This document shows positions 1 to 13,732 of a stretch of 64,000 bases of DNA, piece after piece; within the stretch, counting starts at the first letter, position 1, and each line of letters opens with the position of its first letter. The notes under the pieces are model-generated. The model was not told the origin of the DNA. It made no database searches and saw nothing but the letters and a program-made list of their open reading frames with translations. Position numbers and translations under genes: made by a program. Source of the DNA: Octopus vulgaris (taxonomy: Eukaryota); NCBI GenBank assembly GCA_951406725.2, contig OX597816.1:103912001-103976000 (forward strand), written 5' to 3'.

Positions 1-24
1 GTAGAAGGTTGAAAAGGAACACAA

Positions 25-60
<36 letters not shown>

Positions 61-65
<5 letters not shown>

Positions 66-692
66 AAAAAGTCAAGGTAGAAAATGCTAAAATAATTTTA
101 TAGAAAACATTTCAGTACTGGTTTTGGTCATTCGGTCATTGAGACTTTTTCAACTGTAAGTATGGAAAACAATTAAATTTTGGAGAAATTAAATGGAAAG
201 TATTTTGAAAGAGCATTTGCATAGTATTCAAATACAAGGGGCATTTTCCTTGTTTCTACCTGTTTCTGTCTCTCTTGTTTACTCTTGTGGGTTTGAGGTC
301 GTTGGGAATTCTTGGCAGAGAAGAGGAAGAAGAAGACAGAGAAGAAGAAGAAGAAGAAGGAAATAATGCAGAAGTGCTCTTCTTCTCCTCCTCCTCCTCC
401 TCCTTCTCCTTCTTCTTCTTCTTCTTCTTCTTCTTCTTCTTCTCTGCCAAGAATTCCCAACGACCTCAAACCCACAAGAGTAAACAAGAGGGACAGAGAC
501 AGGTAGAAACAAGGAAAATGCCCCTTGTATTTGAATACTATGCAAATGCTCTTTCAAAATACTTTCCATTTAATTTCTCCAAAATTTAATTGTTTTCCAT
601 ACTTACAGTTGAAAAAGTCTCAATGACCGAAACCAGTACTGAAATGTTTTTAATAAAATTATTTCAGTATTTTCTACCTTGGCTTTTTTCCA
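61..692. mobile_element. Foldback (inverted-repeat) non-autonomous element, Penelope-pLTR-like, flanked by (TA)n
   Basis: About 61-322 is the near-exact reverse complement of about 440-692. The centre is GAA/CTT microsatellite. The ORF track shows mirror-image ORFs on both strands (173..487 - and 275..589 +). Confidence 0.85.
606..641 (+). ncRNA. Minimal hammerhead-ribozyme-like motif with U3:A8 core variant
   Basis: CAG-UUGAAAA-AGUC-ucaau-GACC-GAAA-CCAG-UA-CUG: stem I CAG/CUG, stem II GUC/GAC, GAAA, near-palindromic stem III, GUA triplet. Confidence 0.5.
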
Positions 693-1039
693 TATATATA
701 TATAGTGTGTTATTGTTTTCAGTGCTAGACCTGCTCTTATCAACCTGTCTCTATACTCAATACTATTCTCACCTTTCATCTAGACAGTATATCTTATATC
801 ACATCTTATATATAGACAGTATGTCTGGAGTGGCATTATTCCGTCTCCTTTTTATGTTTAAGGTGGTACATGAAAGTGGTAATTGAGTGAGATTTAGCTG
901 CTGTTTCTAGCAGGCTGAATCAATGTGTTATTTGAAGAGAGTGATGTACTATTTAAAGAGAGATATGTGTTATTTGAAGTAGTAAGGTCAATTGAAATGA
1001 TGATGTTTAATGAACGATTTCATTCTTGTTTCATTTTAG

Positions 1040-1101
1040 ATTGAGAGTCTTAAACAAAAGCTTGAGAAACGAAGAGTAAAAATTTCCAAAGTTGCTGAAA
1101 G
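1040..1101 (+). CDS. RGS7: R7 RGS exon, start of GGL domain (IESLKQKLEKRRVKISKVAE-S)
   Basis: Acceptor ttttag (AG at 1038-1039) and donor gtatgt at 1102. Translation resembles the RGS7 segment LDRHRLKMSKVADS. Confidence 0.85.
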
Positions 1102-1373
1102 GTATGTTTTATACAATAGCTTTAAATATATTTTAAATATTTATTAATCTTCTGTCAGACACAATTAGCCTTGGCATCCTCAGAACCAGCTTAACATTGT
1201 ATGAAGTATAGCAATATCTGAACAAAGAGTTACTAAGGTATCATGTGTGGCTTGACAGTTGTTATGTGTCTTACATTGCTAGGCCATATATTGTGTATGA
1301 GTATAGAATATTTAGAAAGCCATTAATGTTAAAAAAAATCTGTCTGTTTATACATTACTAAGAATAGTCATTG

Positions 1374-2590
1374 TATCAGATCATCCTATAAGTTCTGTCC
1401 AAATTTTGAATAAAGAAAACAAGTGATCAAATGTTATATTTAATTGAAATTTAATCATCAATGTACTTTCCCTGATTATCTATGACTTCCTTCCATCTAT
1501 TTACAAGCTTTTAAATCCCATCAATGTAAAACTCTTTTGGTTTCAAAGCGAAGAGCTCTGAAATGTCAGTTTCTACATCCTCCTAGCTTGCAAAAATTAT
1601 GTCCCCCAAATGATCCTGTAAACTATGAAACAAATGGTAGTTTGAAGGAACAAAGTCAGCAGAATAAGGAGGGTGAGAAATTTTTTCCCAGCCAAGCTCT
1701 TCAATCTTCTATGATGTGATCTTTGCAGTGTGGGGTTGCGCATTGTCCTGATGAAACATCACTTCTTTTCGATTCACTAAAGCGGGTCTTCTTTTCTTCA
1801 AACCTTAGTTCAAATGCTCTAATAGCTGACAGTAGACTTGAGCATTGATTGTTGCATTAGGTAGTAACAATTCAAAGTGAGTTACTCCTTTGGAATCCCA
1901 CTAGATAGAGAGAAGAACCTTTTTCCCATGAAGTTCCCTTCTCGGTTGTGGTTAAGCTTTTTCCCTTTTACCAAGCCAAGTCTATCCAAAAAGGGTGAAA
2001 TGAGTTTGCGAGAATGGAGAGAAGAGCAGATGTCAACTCGAGATTTGTGGTTGCTCTTGGACAATTCATGAGGCACCCATTTTCCAAGTTTAGAAATTTT
2101 TCCAAGTTGTTGAAGATGACGATGAACAGTTGTATGGTTTGGACTAAGCTTTATTGCCAATTCTTCAACTGATAATGCAGGATTTTCGTCAAGTAATGTT
2201 TCAAGGAGCTTATCTTAAAACTTAACTGGACGTCCTGTTCGATCTTCATCTTCAAGGCTGAAATATCCACTTCTGAATTTTGCAAACCATCTTCTGCAAG
2301 TTCTTTCATTCAAACATTCTTTCCCATAAACTGAATGTATGTTTTGAGTTGCTTCGGCTGCAGAGTTTCCTTATGTGCCTTAAATGCTCTTTGGATACTT
2401 CCATGTTAGAAAGGGTTTTAATCAAAGAAATTTTAATTCTATTATTCTGTAAAATAATATCTAATTAGTTTAAATGTACACAAATGCATAAAAATAATTC
2501 TTAATTTCATTAGATATTCTAAAGTACTATTAAATTTCATTCAATTTTAAAAAAGGTAAAATCAGACAGAACTTATGGGATGACCTGATA
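1374..2590 (-). mobile_element. Full-length decayed mariner (Tc1/mariner) transposon
   Basis: TA-flanked TIRs tcagatcatcctataagttctgtc / gacagaacttatgggatgacctga. Minus-strand transposase remnants MEVSKEHLRHI, GKWVPHEL, HQDNAQPHTAKI and EVIDNQGKYIDD*, with frameshifts. Confidence 0.92.
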
Positions 2591-2619
2591 TAATGTATGT
2601 TTCTTTGAATTCTTTTTTA

Positions 2620-3460
2620 CTTTTTTATTGACTTGGTTTGGTCTGGAAGTAGGGGTGATGTTCATAACCTTTACAGACTCCCCTACTTAGATTGGTGTGA
2701 TTGAAACAGTTAATATTCCCCTTGAATAGTTACAAGGAAAAAGCTGTAAGGAAAATATCTAGGTTGCATATAGATGACACTTAGGTACTGAAGGTTAGAG
2801 AAGTATAAAGGATGATAAAATCTGCGTGAGATTGGATGTTGTTGATGATGAAGTTGACAGCAAGTAGATCATTAATGTATAAGAGGAAGTTGTGTTCTCG
2901 AAGATCTAGGCATAACTTTGAGAGAGAGAAAGAGAGAGAGAGATTTACAAATTTGGTGATGATAGGGACTTGCTCTGGAGTGTATTGTTTGAGGGTATTG
3001 GTTGAGACAGTGTTAAGGTTGGCAGTTTTGTTGGTATGAAGCAACAAGAGGGACTTTAGAATTTGGTGTTTAAGTGTATTTGGTGGTCAGCTTTGTGAAG
3101 TGAAAAGATAAAGTTTTGGAAGAGATTTTTCTATGAGCAGCACAAAGATGACTGCTAAATGGGCTGCAAATGTGGAGGCTTTCTCCACAGGAGTACAACT
3201 GACAGAACCATCATGCTTGAGGATGGAAGGAAAGAAGGAGGATCCTGCAAAGTTCGTTGAGACATTTTTTGGAAAGGGACCAAAAGGACTGGTGACAGTT
3301 TAGGGGATATGTGATGCTTAGAGACATCTTTCATATTTTGGATGATGGTCCTGAAGGAGCTGCAGCTCATCCAATTTATAGGATTGGGTCACTTTCTCTG
3401 AAGATAGTAGGGAAGAGTCCTCAAATGTGTGATTAATGTCTCTGTTGGAAATAATGATAT
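2620..3460 (-). mobile_element. Degenerate non-LTR retrotransposon RT fragments (Jockey/CR1 group)
   Basis: The minus ORF 2781..3047 contains FLLYINDL...HAD (RT motif region). The sequence is heavily decayed. Confidence 0.55.
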
Positions 3461-5551
3461 AGACAATTATTTTTATTGAATTCTGTGAATTATATAATTA
3501 GAAGATCAATAGATTAATATGTATTATTGGAATATCATTGATGTAGCAAATGTTTATGCAATCTCTCATCATCATTGTTTTAATGTGAACTTTTCTATGC
3601 TTGCATGGGTTGAACAAAATTTGTTGAGGTGGATTTTCTGTGGCTGGATGTCCTTCCAGTCGCTGACCCTCAACTGCTTTCAAGTAAAGTAATATTTCCC
3701 CATGACCAGACATGATTTGAAATAATGGACATTGCTTGTATGACAGTGATACATGTTTACAAATCAAGGAGATGACAAGGCAAAGAGACAGTAACACATA
3801 CACGTATACCCCTTCCACACACACACATGTACACCCCACCTCTGCACACACATACAGATACACAGGGTTCTTTCAGTTTCTGTTTACCAGATCCATTCAC
3901 AAGACTTTTGTTGGCTAAATACTATAGTAGAAAACACCTGCCTAAGGTGCCATCTAGTGGGACTGAACCTGAAACCTTCAGTTGGGAAGTAAATTTCTTA
4001 CCACACAGCCATGCCCACATGTAGATATGCCTCTCCCCTATCAAAATAAATAAATAAAACCACCTATCCAGAGCAAACTCTACTTGATGCAATACACCAT
4101 TGATAAAATTCACTCAAGAGCTACCTTGATGAATTTATTCTTGGTGAAAGTGTTTAACTTAATCAACAATTGAGACTTTGCAACTGTTGTTGTTCATATT
4201 TGGCCCCCAATCTCTTCCTTCATTCAGCTGACCACATTGTTCTATCATCTGAGCAATACCCGGATGATAGAACAATTGGTACCATTTTAGATTCCAAGTG
4301 CCCATTCTCAATTTATGTTCATTATAACAGTATGTTAGACTGGCTAAATTATCTATGTCCTTTCCATTTTTCTATAATGCTAGGGTAAGGTTTGGGGAAG
4401 ATTTTGTCTGTTATTTCTAGCCAGTTGAGTTGTCACTTTGAGACTTTCTTATCACCTCATATAGGTGACTTGCCAAAAATCTTTTCAAATTGTTGAGTAT
4501 CATCTCAGTGGTGGGGGCAAATAACTGCCAATGTTATCTGATCAGTATTGCACATTCAATACAAAACTGCTGTCTTCCCTAGCAATTTATATCTTATGCT
4601 AAATTTAGAAATAATTATTGGTTTCAAACTTCAGCACCAGTTCAGTAATTTCAGTGTTGGTGGGGGTAAGTCAATTACATCGACCCCAATGCTCATCTGG
4701 TACTTATTTTTAAGACCCTGAAAGGATGAAAAGTATAGTCGACCTTGGTAGAATTTGAACTCAAAATGTAAAGATGATCAAAATGCTACTAAGAATTTTG
4801 CCCTGTGTAGTAATGACTCTGCCATCTCGCTGCCTGAAATTTAGAAAAAACTATTATGTCTATCAGCAGTTCTATGGAAGTATTTTCACAAAAACCAGTG
4901 CATTTCACTACAACATAGTTTTAGGTTAAATCCACTGTGTAACGTCTTAGGAAAGTCTTCCCTAACATAGCCTTGATTGGCAGTGGAATATTATCTATGT
5001 AAAACTGTACTGAAGCTTATCTTATATATGTGTGTGTATGTCCATGCATGTGTGTGCAGGTGGGTAGATGTAGGTGTGTATGTGTGTATATGCATTTCAG
5101 AAGTAAAAGATGTTAACATAGGCTATAAAACTGTGGAAGAAATGTGCTCTTTGTCTTTAAATATTTGTTTTGCATTGAGTTTAATACTCTCTTGTCATTC
5201 TTGCTGTCAGAAATCCTGTGAACTAGTGATTGGTCCATTGAAAAAAAAATGTGACAAAGGAATGCTACTATTCATAAATTGCAATATTAAACACAAAAAA
5301 GTAAATAAGGCCATCAATGTGTTTTTCAAGTGTATATAGTGTTAAATTTTTACGTGTTCTGAAATTTGTTTGGTATTTATTGCATTAGATTAGTGTGAAA
5401 GTTTTTATAGTATTTGAGTGTTAACTATGAAAAGTATTTTCTGTGTGATTTGTCTTACTAAATTAAGTGTCTTGCATAAGATGGATGCTGTACCTAAGTA
5501 GGCTGTTTGTGTTGAGTGGGTAATTTTGTATCAAACTGTTAGTCTACTGTG

Positions 5552-5774
5552 TATGAGGACATTCTGAAAAGTTCCTGGTTTAAAGAGTATCACGAAAGGC
5601 CTGGTTGGAGACCCAACATTCTGAGTGCTTCTACAGGACTTAGAAAAACTGAAGAACCACTGTGATAAGTGAGTAAATCTGAGAAACAAGTGTGTTGAAT
5701 AAAAAACATAATTAACTGATCCTTCTGTATTTTTTTTTTACCCAAAGCCAGGAACTTTTCAGCACCCCCTCATA
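5552..5774. mobile_element. Mariner-derived MITE
   Basis: TA-flanked TIRs tgagg..ctgaaaagttcctggttt / aaagccaggaacttttcagcaccccctca. The interior resembles a mariner transposase C-terminus. Confidence 0.75.
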
Positions 5775-7649
5775 TATGTCATACTTTAAGCTTAATCAGA
5801 TTCATCCACCAAGCAATAACAGCTGTTCAGCAAAATTCCACTAATCAGTGATTTATGGACACTATGCATGTAAATGGAAGATGTTCTTCTCATCTCTCAG
5901 ACATGTCCATTTGGCAGCACTACTATAATTGCAGAGTATGTCTCCAACTGACAACACATCCTCACAACCTGCACAAGAATTCTTAGAGTATGGTAGCTAT
6001 ATCATTGCCACCTAGTATTTGGTGTGTGCTTCTGTTATGTATTTTCAGTTTTCATGAGAAAATGTCTGCATTATTCATAAGATAAAACTATATGCCTTGT
6101 GATGCTTGTAGGTATATCCAGTCTCTACATGTGCTGGACAGCCAGAAATGATGTGGTTAATTGTTTCTTTATGCTTATTGCATATTTCTTGCAGTTAATA
6201 TTAACCTCTTATTTTACCATCTTATTTTTGTTGATTTTTTTATGACTAGATATCGATCTTGAGCTGCTAAAAATCAGATCTCCAGTTTCTGTCTTTATTT
6301 TGGAATTTTTGAGCCATTTTTGGTTTCTTTCATGATTCTCCCTTATTCTTTGTCTAACTAATTATAGAAAGGTTTTTACTAAAATTGTATTTATTGGCAA
6401 TATTTTTATAGTTCCATTGTGATTTTGTTTTAGACTTTTTCAACTGTTTTTTTATTCTTTTTTTTACCTCAGTGTAATTAGTTTCTAGTTTAGACTTTAT
6501 TGTTTACTTATATAAAGAAACAATTTTTTTTCTTTTCTGCTTCTCATTATTAGAAATGAACTGACAGAAATCTTTCTCTGAAAGGTTGGGAAGAGATGGC
6601 AACATGCATACATTGATTTAGTTGCTTCACTGTTGTGCCTTACCCCAAGGAATATCAAACCAGACTGGAACATCTGTTGTTTTGTTCTCTTTTATCTCAA
6701 AGGAATATATCTCAGTCTTGTGAATGGAATGCATTCCTTTGTTTAGATCCCATTCTGAGATATATTTCTTTGTCAATAATCATTCTGTTGGAAAACATGT
6801 GCTGCTGAGGTTAAAGATGCACAAGCATGCACCAACTCACAGATAACTGCAGATATTCCTGGATAGTGAGCAAGTGTAGTGGCTGTAAAAACTTCTTACA
6901 ACTTTTCCCCATGACTGAGCATAAATTGAGGACAGGCACTTGGAATTTGAAATGTTACCAATTGTTCTGTCATCTGGGCAGTGCAGTTAGTCAGGAATCA
7001 ATGCTTATATTTAGTAGTGCTTTAAGTGAGGGTATGAATAGAGACATACTCTGGTGTTGAGGAAATGTGCTGAAAGCTTCTTATAAAATTTTTTTGGATT
7101 ACAAATAATGGATAATTTTTCAAAATATTTCACTTGAAAGTGCTGCCATGATGCATTGCCAGCTGGAGATATACTCTGCAGCTACAACAGTGCTGGCTAT
7201 GTCTGAGATATGGAGAAAAAAAAATCATTCATTTATTTCCATTGTGTCTATAAATCATTGAATGGCTGTTATTACTTGTAAGCTACATCTGATTGTCATC
7301 TCAGTCCAATTCGAAGTTTATTTTACAGCCTTTGCTTTAGAGGTAGAGTTAGATAGTTTTCCACTAGCTGTTGGATATAGTGAAAGTGGCAATAAAAAAG
7401 ATAACATTAAAAGGTAGAATACATGACTTTTTCTTTCTAACAAAACATTTATCAATGTCTTCAAGTATCACTTTGAAGACAAAGAAAGAAATACCACCAT
7501 CCAATAAATGTTGTAAAAGGTAGTGTGTGGAATATTTGATGTGCATGAAAAAGTATATGCCTAGATATAGCTTCAGGGTGTCTTGTCATCACTAGTAGCT
7601 GATGCTTACTTTTAGAAAGTTATATATACATTTTATATAGTATTGCATA

Positions 7650-7685
<36 letters not shown>

Positions 7686-9164
7686 AAATCATCATATACA
7701 TACTTTCCAAATTGCTGTCAATTTTATTCAGAGTTACTCCCCTCCTAGATGGGCTGCAGGACCACATTTCATTCGTACATTTCAGTTTGGGTTTGGTTTT
7801 TTTCTGTTGGATGCCATTCCTATCACCAGCCATTGTACAAAAGGTACTGGGTGCATTTTATTGTAGAAATTGCACTAGACAGATTGTTATGTCATCTACA
7901 AGACTAAAGGGTTTGATCAACAACACAACTAATACATGTTGTGAAGTGGTGGGCATTTGTCAAGCACTTTACAAAGTATGCCTGTAAAGTGGGGTTGTCT
8001 TGCACCTCCTTAAATTAAAGAGTTCCCACTAATTTAGGATTTGTTTATTCACTTAGGGCTACATTACAGAGAAGGAAAGATAATAGAAATGCGAGTAAAG
8101 GAGTAAATGTATGATGGGAGAGAGAGAGAGAGAGAAATTAGGGTGACATGGATGAAAGGGACAGACAGTGATGGATACTACTGAAGATAGTCACTTGTGG
8201 GTGTCAATAACAAGTGGTTGTACAGAGAAAGGGTCATGGAAGTGTGTACTGGATATAAGCAGGTCTGAGAGAATGCCTTGTACACAGGTTTAGGGGTAAG
8301 AATGATGCTATATAGGGTAAAGGGATTGAAATATGGATAAGTTTAGTACTATCCCTTGTTACACAAACTGCATTTGTCAACCTAGAACTATAGTAGGAGG
8401 CATTTACTCATGGTGCTACACAGTGTGGTTATACCCACAACCACTTGGTCACAAAGCAAACATCTTCATGATACAGCCATGCTTGTGCTATATTAGAAAG
8501 GATTTTCTATTTGTGCAAACGATGTCATAAGTTCAAGAACCATTTTAAGCTGCATCCACAATAGGTAACAAGAAAGGCAGGCACTAGAAAATATCTATGT
8601 AACTTTATATTTAGTTGAAAAATATTCTATTTTAAGAAGAAAAGATGACTGCTTTATATCAACACTTTGGTTTCTATTGTAAGCTGAAATCTCTTGTATG
8701 TGTATGCACACATACATACATTATACATAAAAAGCACCTGTCCCAGTGCAATGCAAATGCACCCATACTGGTGCAACACAAAATGCACCTAAGCCAGTGC
8801 CATGTAAGACCACTTATGTCAGTTGTATGTAAAAAGCACCAGTACACTCTGTAAAGTGATTTGTATTTGGAAGGGAAACCAGTCATAGAAACCGTGTCAA
8901 AACACACAATTGGAGTCTAGGCTGCTCTCCAGCTGACAAGCTGCTGTCAAACCATTCAACCCATGCCAGCATGGAAAACAGATATTAAATGATGATGATG
9001 ATGATGATATATATATATAAATCAAAAATAAAACCATTTGGTAATACTGAATTTATATATATTCTTTGCTTGGATTGTATCAATAGGCTTGGATGTTTGA
9101 CATTCCTTTGGTAAATATATTGTTGCTATGATTTAACTTTTTTCTTTTATTTTGGTATTTTCAG

Positions 9165-9278
9165 CTTCATTGCTTACTGTGAACAATATGCAGAATTTGA
9201 TGCCTTCAGCACAACCCCTGAACCATCGAATCCTTGGATCTCTGATAATATAGAATTCTGGGAGCAGGAAAAAACTGT
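9165..9278 (+). CDS. RGS7: R7 RGS exon, GGL domain ([37 protein letters not shown])
   Basis: Polypyrimidine tract plus ttcag acceptor, donor gtatgt at 9279. Contains the GGL hallmark D.F....PSNPW. Phase is compatible with both neighbours. Confidence 0.93.
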
Positions 9279-10541
9279 GTATGTTGCTTTCATTTAAATT
9301 TGATCCCTTTTATGCCACCAAAGTTGAAATTCATAAATATATACATAAACAATCTAAGGTTCTGTAAATTAGGAGGAAGGGGACTACCTTGAACATGTGA
9401 TGCTTTAAAGAAACTTGTTTGCTTTTTTATATGAAATTCATCAGATAAATTTTATATAGCCCTGGTTATTTTTTATATATATTTTGGACCAAACAGCTCA
9501 GCCAACTCTCATTCAAATCTGACATTGAAGTTAATAACTACTGATTACACCAAAATATATGTTGAGCAAAGTTGAAAATCTTACAGACATTTGTGAAAGC
9601 AGCTTATTTGCAAATGCTAAGACAGCATTTTTATTCTGTTGTATATATGTATAGGGCCTCAGTTATAAGCAAAACAAACATTATTCTTGATATAATTATT
9701 TCATTCCCCTAAGGTCAGGTTTGCCTTTCATCCTTGCTGGATCAATAAAATTAAGTACCAGTCAAATATTGAAGTCAGTTTAATCAATTAACCCCTCCAC
9801 ACATATTATACCTATGTAATAAATAACAACAACAACAACAGCAATAATAATACTGATGATGATGTTAATAAGTTTTAGATTCATTGGCCTAGACTGGCAT
9901 GGGGTTTGGAATAGATAAATGTGTGGTTCTAGTTATAAGGAGGTAATATCAGAAAGAGAAAAAGAGAAGCCTTACTCTCCTGGCTTGAAGTAAACTTTGG
10001 TGTTGTTTAATCCCAGATCTGTCTTTATTGAAGCTCTTTGATGAACAGCATTCCATTTGCAGCATTCTCCTCATTTGTGGCAACTTCAGCATCAGGAACT
10101 ATATTGTTCAGTGAAGCCTTTAATTAAAGGTATGATTTGTGGAGATTTAGCTGCATTTTTCAACTGGTCAAGTGACTACTGAATTGTGAATATTTAACAA
10201 GATTCAACATGTCTGCTGCTAAAAGTGTTCAATGTTAAAAAGTGCATTTTTCTAAAATTACCATTCATCTATTATTTATGTAAATATATAGATTTCAAAC
10301 AAATCAAAAGCTTTAAATAATAATGATAAGAAGAAGAAGTAGAAGAAGAAGAAGTAGAGGAAGAAGAAGAAGAAAAGAGGAAGAAGAAGAATGCAGTTTA
10401 TCTTGAAAAGAATATCAAAAACATTTGCAGCAAATTTGAAATAAGGAGGTGATCCAATGCATTCTTTCTTGGAAACCCTGTTCTTACAAAGCAAGAAAGA
10501 CCAAACTAATAACTATCTTATAAATACATGAATACATAATA

Positions 10542-10575
<34 letters not shown>

Positions 10576-11153
10576 TGTGTACAGTGCTCAGGTGCACTAC
10601 AACTCATCTAAAGTGTATACATAATCATGTGTAGTTTCGGCGGATTTCGGAAAGCATGAGGGCCTTAAAGGATGCAGTGTCCAATGAGTTATAGCAGTCA
10701 AATTTCTCTCTACTCATTCCCTACAATTTTGTGAAAAAATGGAAGAACATATTGGATAATACAGTTCTTGATATAGAAAAAAATATTTTGGTTATAACCA
10801 GAATGCTTTTGATCAGGGATGACTTGGTGCTAATCAAAAAAAAAAAAAAATGTATTGGCAATGAATAATGAAATGAAGGGTTTACAATAAGGGTTGTTGT
10901 AGCGGGATAGTTATTGTGTAACAGGAGAGATACCAGATGTATATTCCATATTCCATAGATTTAAGTTGATGTTTTAGAAGAGATGTATATATCCATCAAT
11001 GTTTATGAAACCAAAAGCCATTGTAGTTGTGAAAGAAAACAGGAAGGAGGAATACATGAAAAGATTTTTTAATTTTATTTATCATTCCTTGAGTTTAATC
11101 ATTTTTGTGGGGAATGAGGATTAAGTCTTTTTTTTTTCTTCTCTTATTTGCAG

Positions 11154-11285
11154 AAATCCCAAAGACATTCCACCACGGCGTGTGAAACGGTGGGGTTTTA
11201 CTATTGAAGAGGTTCTCACTGACCAGGCTGGAGTTGAACAGTTTAGTAAGTTCCTTGATAAGGAATTCAGTGGAGAAAATCTTAA
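11154..11285 (+). CDS. RGS7: R7 RGS exon, RGS domain start (NPKDIPPRRVKRWGFTIEEVLTDQAGVEQFSKFLDKEFSGENL)
   Basis: ttgcag acceptor and gtaagc donor. RVKRWGF and FLxxEFSxENL motifs. Confidence 0.95.
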
Positions 11286-11599
11286 GTAAGCCTTCTTGAT
11301 TTTTTAAACAATTAATTTTCCTCTTTGTTAACTAAAAATTTTTCTGTTTTGTATTTTAATTTATTTTGTGTGAGTTAATCTTTTCTCATTTTAATTCCTC
11401 AACCTTGCCCTTGACACTTCATTTTATTTTGTAAATCAACATAGAAATGACAAGTTTCTCCTTTAGATAAAATGAAAATCTATTGCAAATAGAGAATATC
11501 ATCCATTTGCATTCTGCCTTCTTCTGATTGAAAGGAAAACTTTCAAGTGAGCTCTACAAGGTCATATCTCAGATGGAGTACATTTGTAAGAAGTCTTTC

Positions 11600-11880
11600 T
11601 CTGTATACATCCTACCCATATGCAGCTAGATGAATTGAGCAGCTGTAAATAACTATTGTTCCAATGATGGTATACAACTGAAGGAGGTCACTAACTTCAA
11701 AAACCTTGGCTTCTATGTTGCTGACCACATGAAAGACTTCCTGATACACAAGGTAAAGACATGAAGTGGCTATAACAAACTTCAAACCATCATGCAATTA
11801 TTAAGTTACTTAATTTCAATGAAGCTGGATTTATACAGGTTATGTAGAGAGAATTCTCCTCTATAGAAATAAAACTTTGG
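11600..11880 (+). mobile_element. Degenerate RTE-like LINE fragment
   Basis: Translates to LKEVTNFKNLGFYV...KDF...NKL and ERILLYRNKTL, resembling RTE FKYLGS and LLYGSETW motifs. Confidence 0.55.
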
Positions 11881-11904
11881 CAATAAAAAAGAACATATTT
11901 TTCA

Positions 11905-12320
11905 TCTTTAATCTTTTACTTGTTTCAGTCATTTGACTGCAGCCATTCTGGAGCATCACCTTGAATGAAGGGTTTTAGTCAAACAAATCAACCCCAGGAT
12001 ATTTTTTTATTTTAAAGCCTGATACTTATTCTAACAGTGTCTTTTGGCGAACTGCTAAGCTATGAGAATGCAAACACACCAACATTGGTTGTCAAGTGGT
12101 GGTGGGGATGCAGAAACCGACACAATGACACACACACTAAGATACATACATTTATATGTTTGTATATATGTGTATATGTTTTTGTCTACCTAATCTACTC
12201 ACAAGGCTTTGGAAGGCCCAAGTCTATAGCAGAAGACACTTGCCCAAGGTGCCATGCAATGGGACTGAACCCAGAACTATGTAGTTTGGAAGCAAGCTTC
12301 TTACTACACAGCCACACCTG
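11905..12320 (-). mobile_element. tRNA-derived SINE (same family as 21130-21522)
   Basis: The reverse complement matches the head (gtggctgtgtagtaag...gggttcagtccc..ccttgggcaagtg) and tail (..actgaaacaagtaaaag) of the 21130 copy. Confidence 0.8.
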
Positions 12321-13371
12321 TGCAGCTGTGTAGTATACCAAACTTTTCATAACTTCATATGATATGGACACAGGATTAAAGAGAAGATTTATTGTTTCAT
12401 TCTATCCATCTCTACTATTGTTGCTCAATACAGAGTAGGTTTTACTGGTTACTATTATTGTACCGAACATCAGGCAATATTGGATGTTATATTTTGGTGA
12501 ATTCTACAACCCAATAGAGGATGAAGACCATTCAACTACTACGTTGATGGTTTTTTGCAAAGATACACAACATTAACCTGAGGAAGTACCAAATCTAGGT
12601 TGAAGCAGAAATCCTTGGTGCAATGTTATAAAATACATCTCAGTTGGAGACACTCAATGAAAGAAAACTGATTTAATTTAGGGCCTGCTCCCCCACCCAC
12701 TTCATTCTCCTCTCTTTTGTCTCCCCTCCTCTGCTTTCCCCTTCCCACTTCTTTCCTTCCAGCACTATTTTCTCTCCCCCTCCTCCTCCTTCTTCTTCTT
12801 CTTCTTCTTCTTCTTCTTCTTCTTCTTCTTCTTCTTCTTCTTCTTCTTCTTCTTCTTCTTCTTCTTCTTCTGCTTGAAAAACAATCTTTGTCTGTGTGTC
12901 ATTTTTTTTTTAAATCTAAAATTGCAATTCTTGAAAAAAATCATTCCTTGGTGTCATAAAATTTTATGGATTCTCTTAGTTTCCAACTGTTGTTTAAGGC
13001 AAAATGTCAAAAAAAAAATTTAACTTGTGCTGAATAATTTCTCTTATTTTTTTTCAGATTTGAGGTTTATTTTTATATTTTGGAAAAAAAGTTATAATTA
13101 TTTCTTGATCTCTTAGAAATGCTATGGATTTTCTCCAATCCCTCCTACGGTGTAATACAAAATATAATGAATTCTAACTTGCACCAGGCATTTTATCCTT
13201 TTCTTAAATTTTTTGCTACCATATTTTATTTGTTTTTGTTTTAGTTCTTCTTTTTATTCTTCCCTTCTCATAGAATTTCACACTTTCTTTAGTAACATCT
13301 TTGCTGCTGTGCAAAACAAATAGGTTCTTAAATAGAACTGAATATTTTCAATCCTTTTTTTTTCTTTCCAG

Positions 13372-13446
13372 ATTTTGGTTAGCATGTAAAGATCTGAGAG
13401 GATTATCCCTGAGAGAAGTAAACACCAGAGTTCTAGATATATATAA
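13372..13446 (+). CDS. RGS7: R7 RGS exon (K-FWLACKDLRGLSLREVNTRVLDIY)
   Basis: tttccag acceptor and gtaagt donor. FWLA motif continues ENL in the correct phase. Confidence 0.93.
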
Positions 13447-13732
13447 GTAAGTAGATCACAGCTACTCTGTTTTCTGGAAACTTCCACCTAATTTCATCCA
13501 CATTTGTAATCAGAAAGTGCACCCATAAATTCTTACTACATAGACGCAGGCATGGCTGTATGGACAGAAGTTTGCTTTCCAACCACATGGTTGCTATAGC
13601 CTCAGGTTGACCAAAAGATTGTGAGTGGATTTGGAAGACAGAAACTGAATGAAGCTCATAATATATGTATACACTCACACACACACACACACATATATAT
13701 ATTTAGATATATATATATGATGGTTGTTTATG

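Noticed and set aside
173-589. Mirror-image 104-aa ORFs on both strands
   Set aside because: Artefact of the inverted repeat plus the GAA/CTT microsatellite; not a protein gene.
12570-12630. CUGAGGA...GAAA motif
   Set aside because: The stems do not close convincingly; too degenerate to call a hammerhead.
13058-13097. Alternative acceptor ttttcag-ATTTGAG as the FWLA exon
   Set aside because: It hits a stop within 13 codons and lacks RGS motifs. The true exon is 13372-13446.
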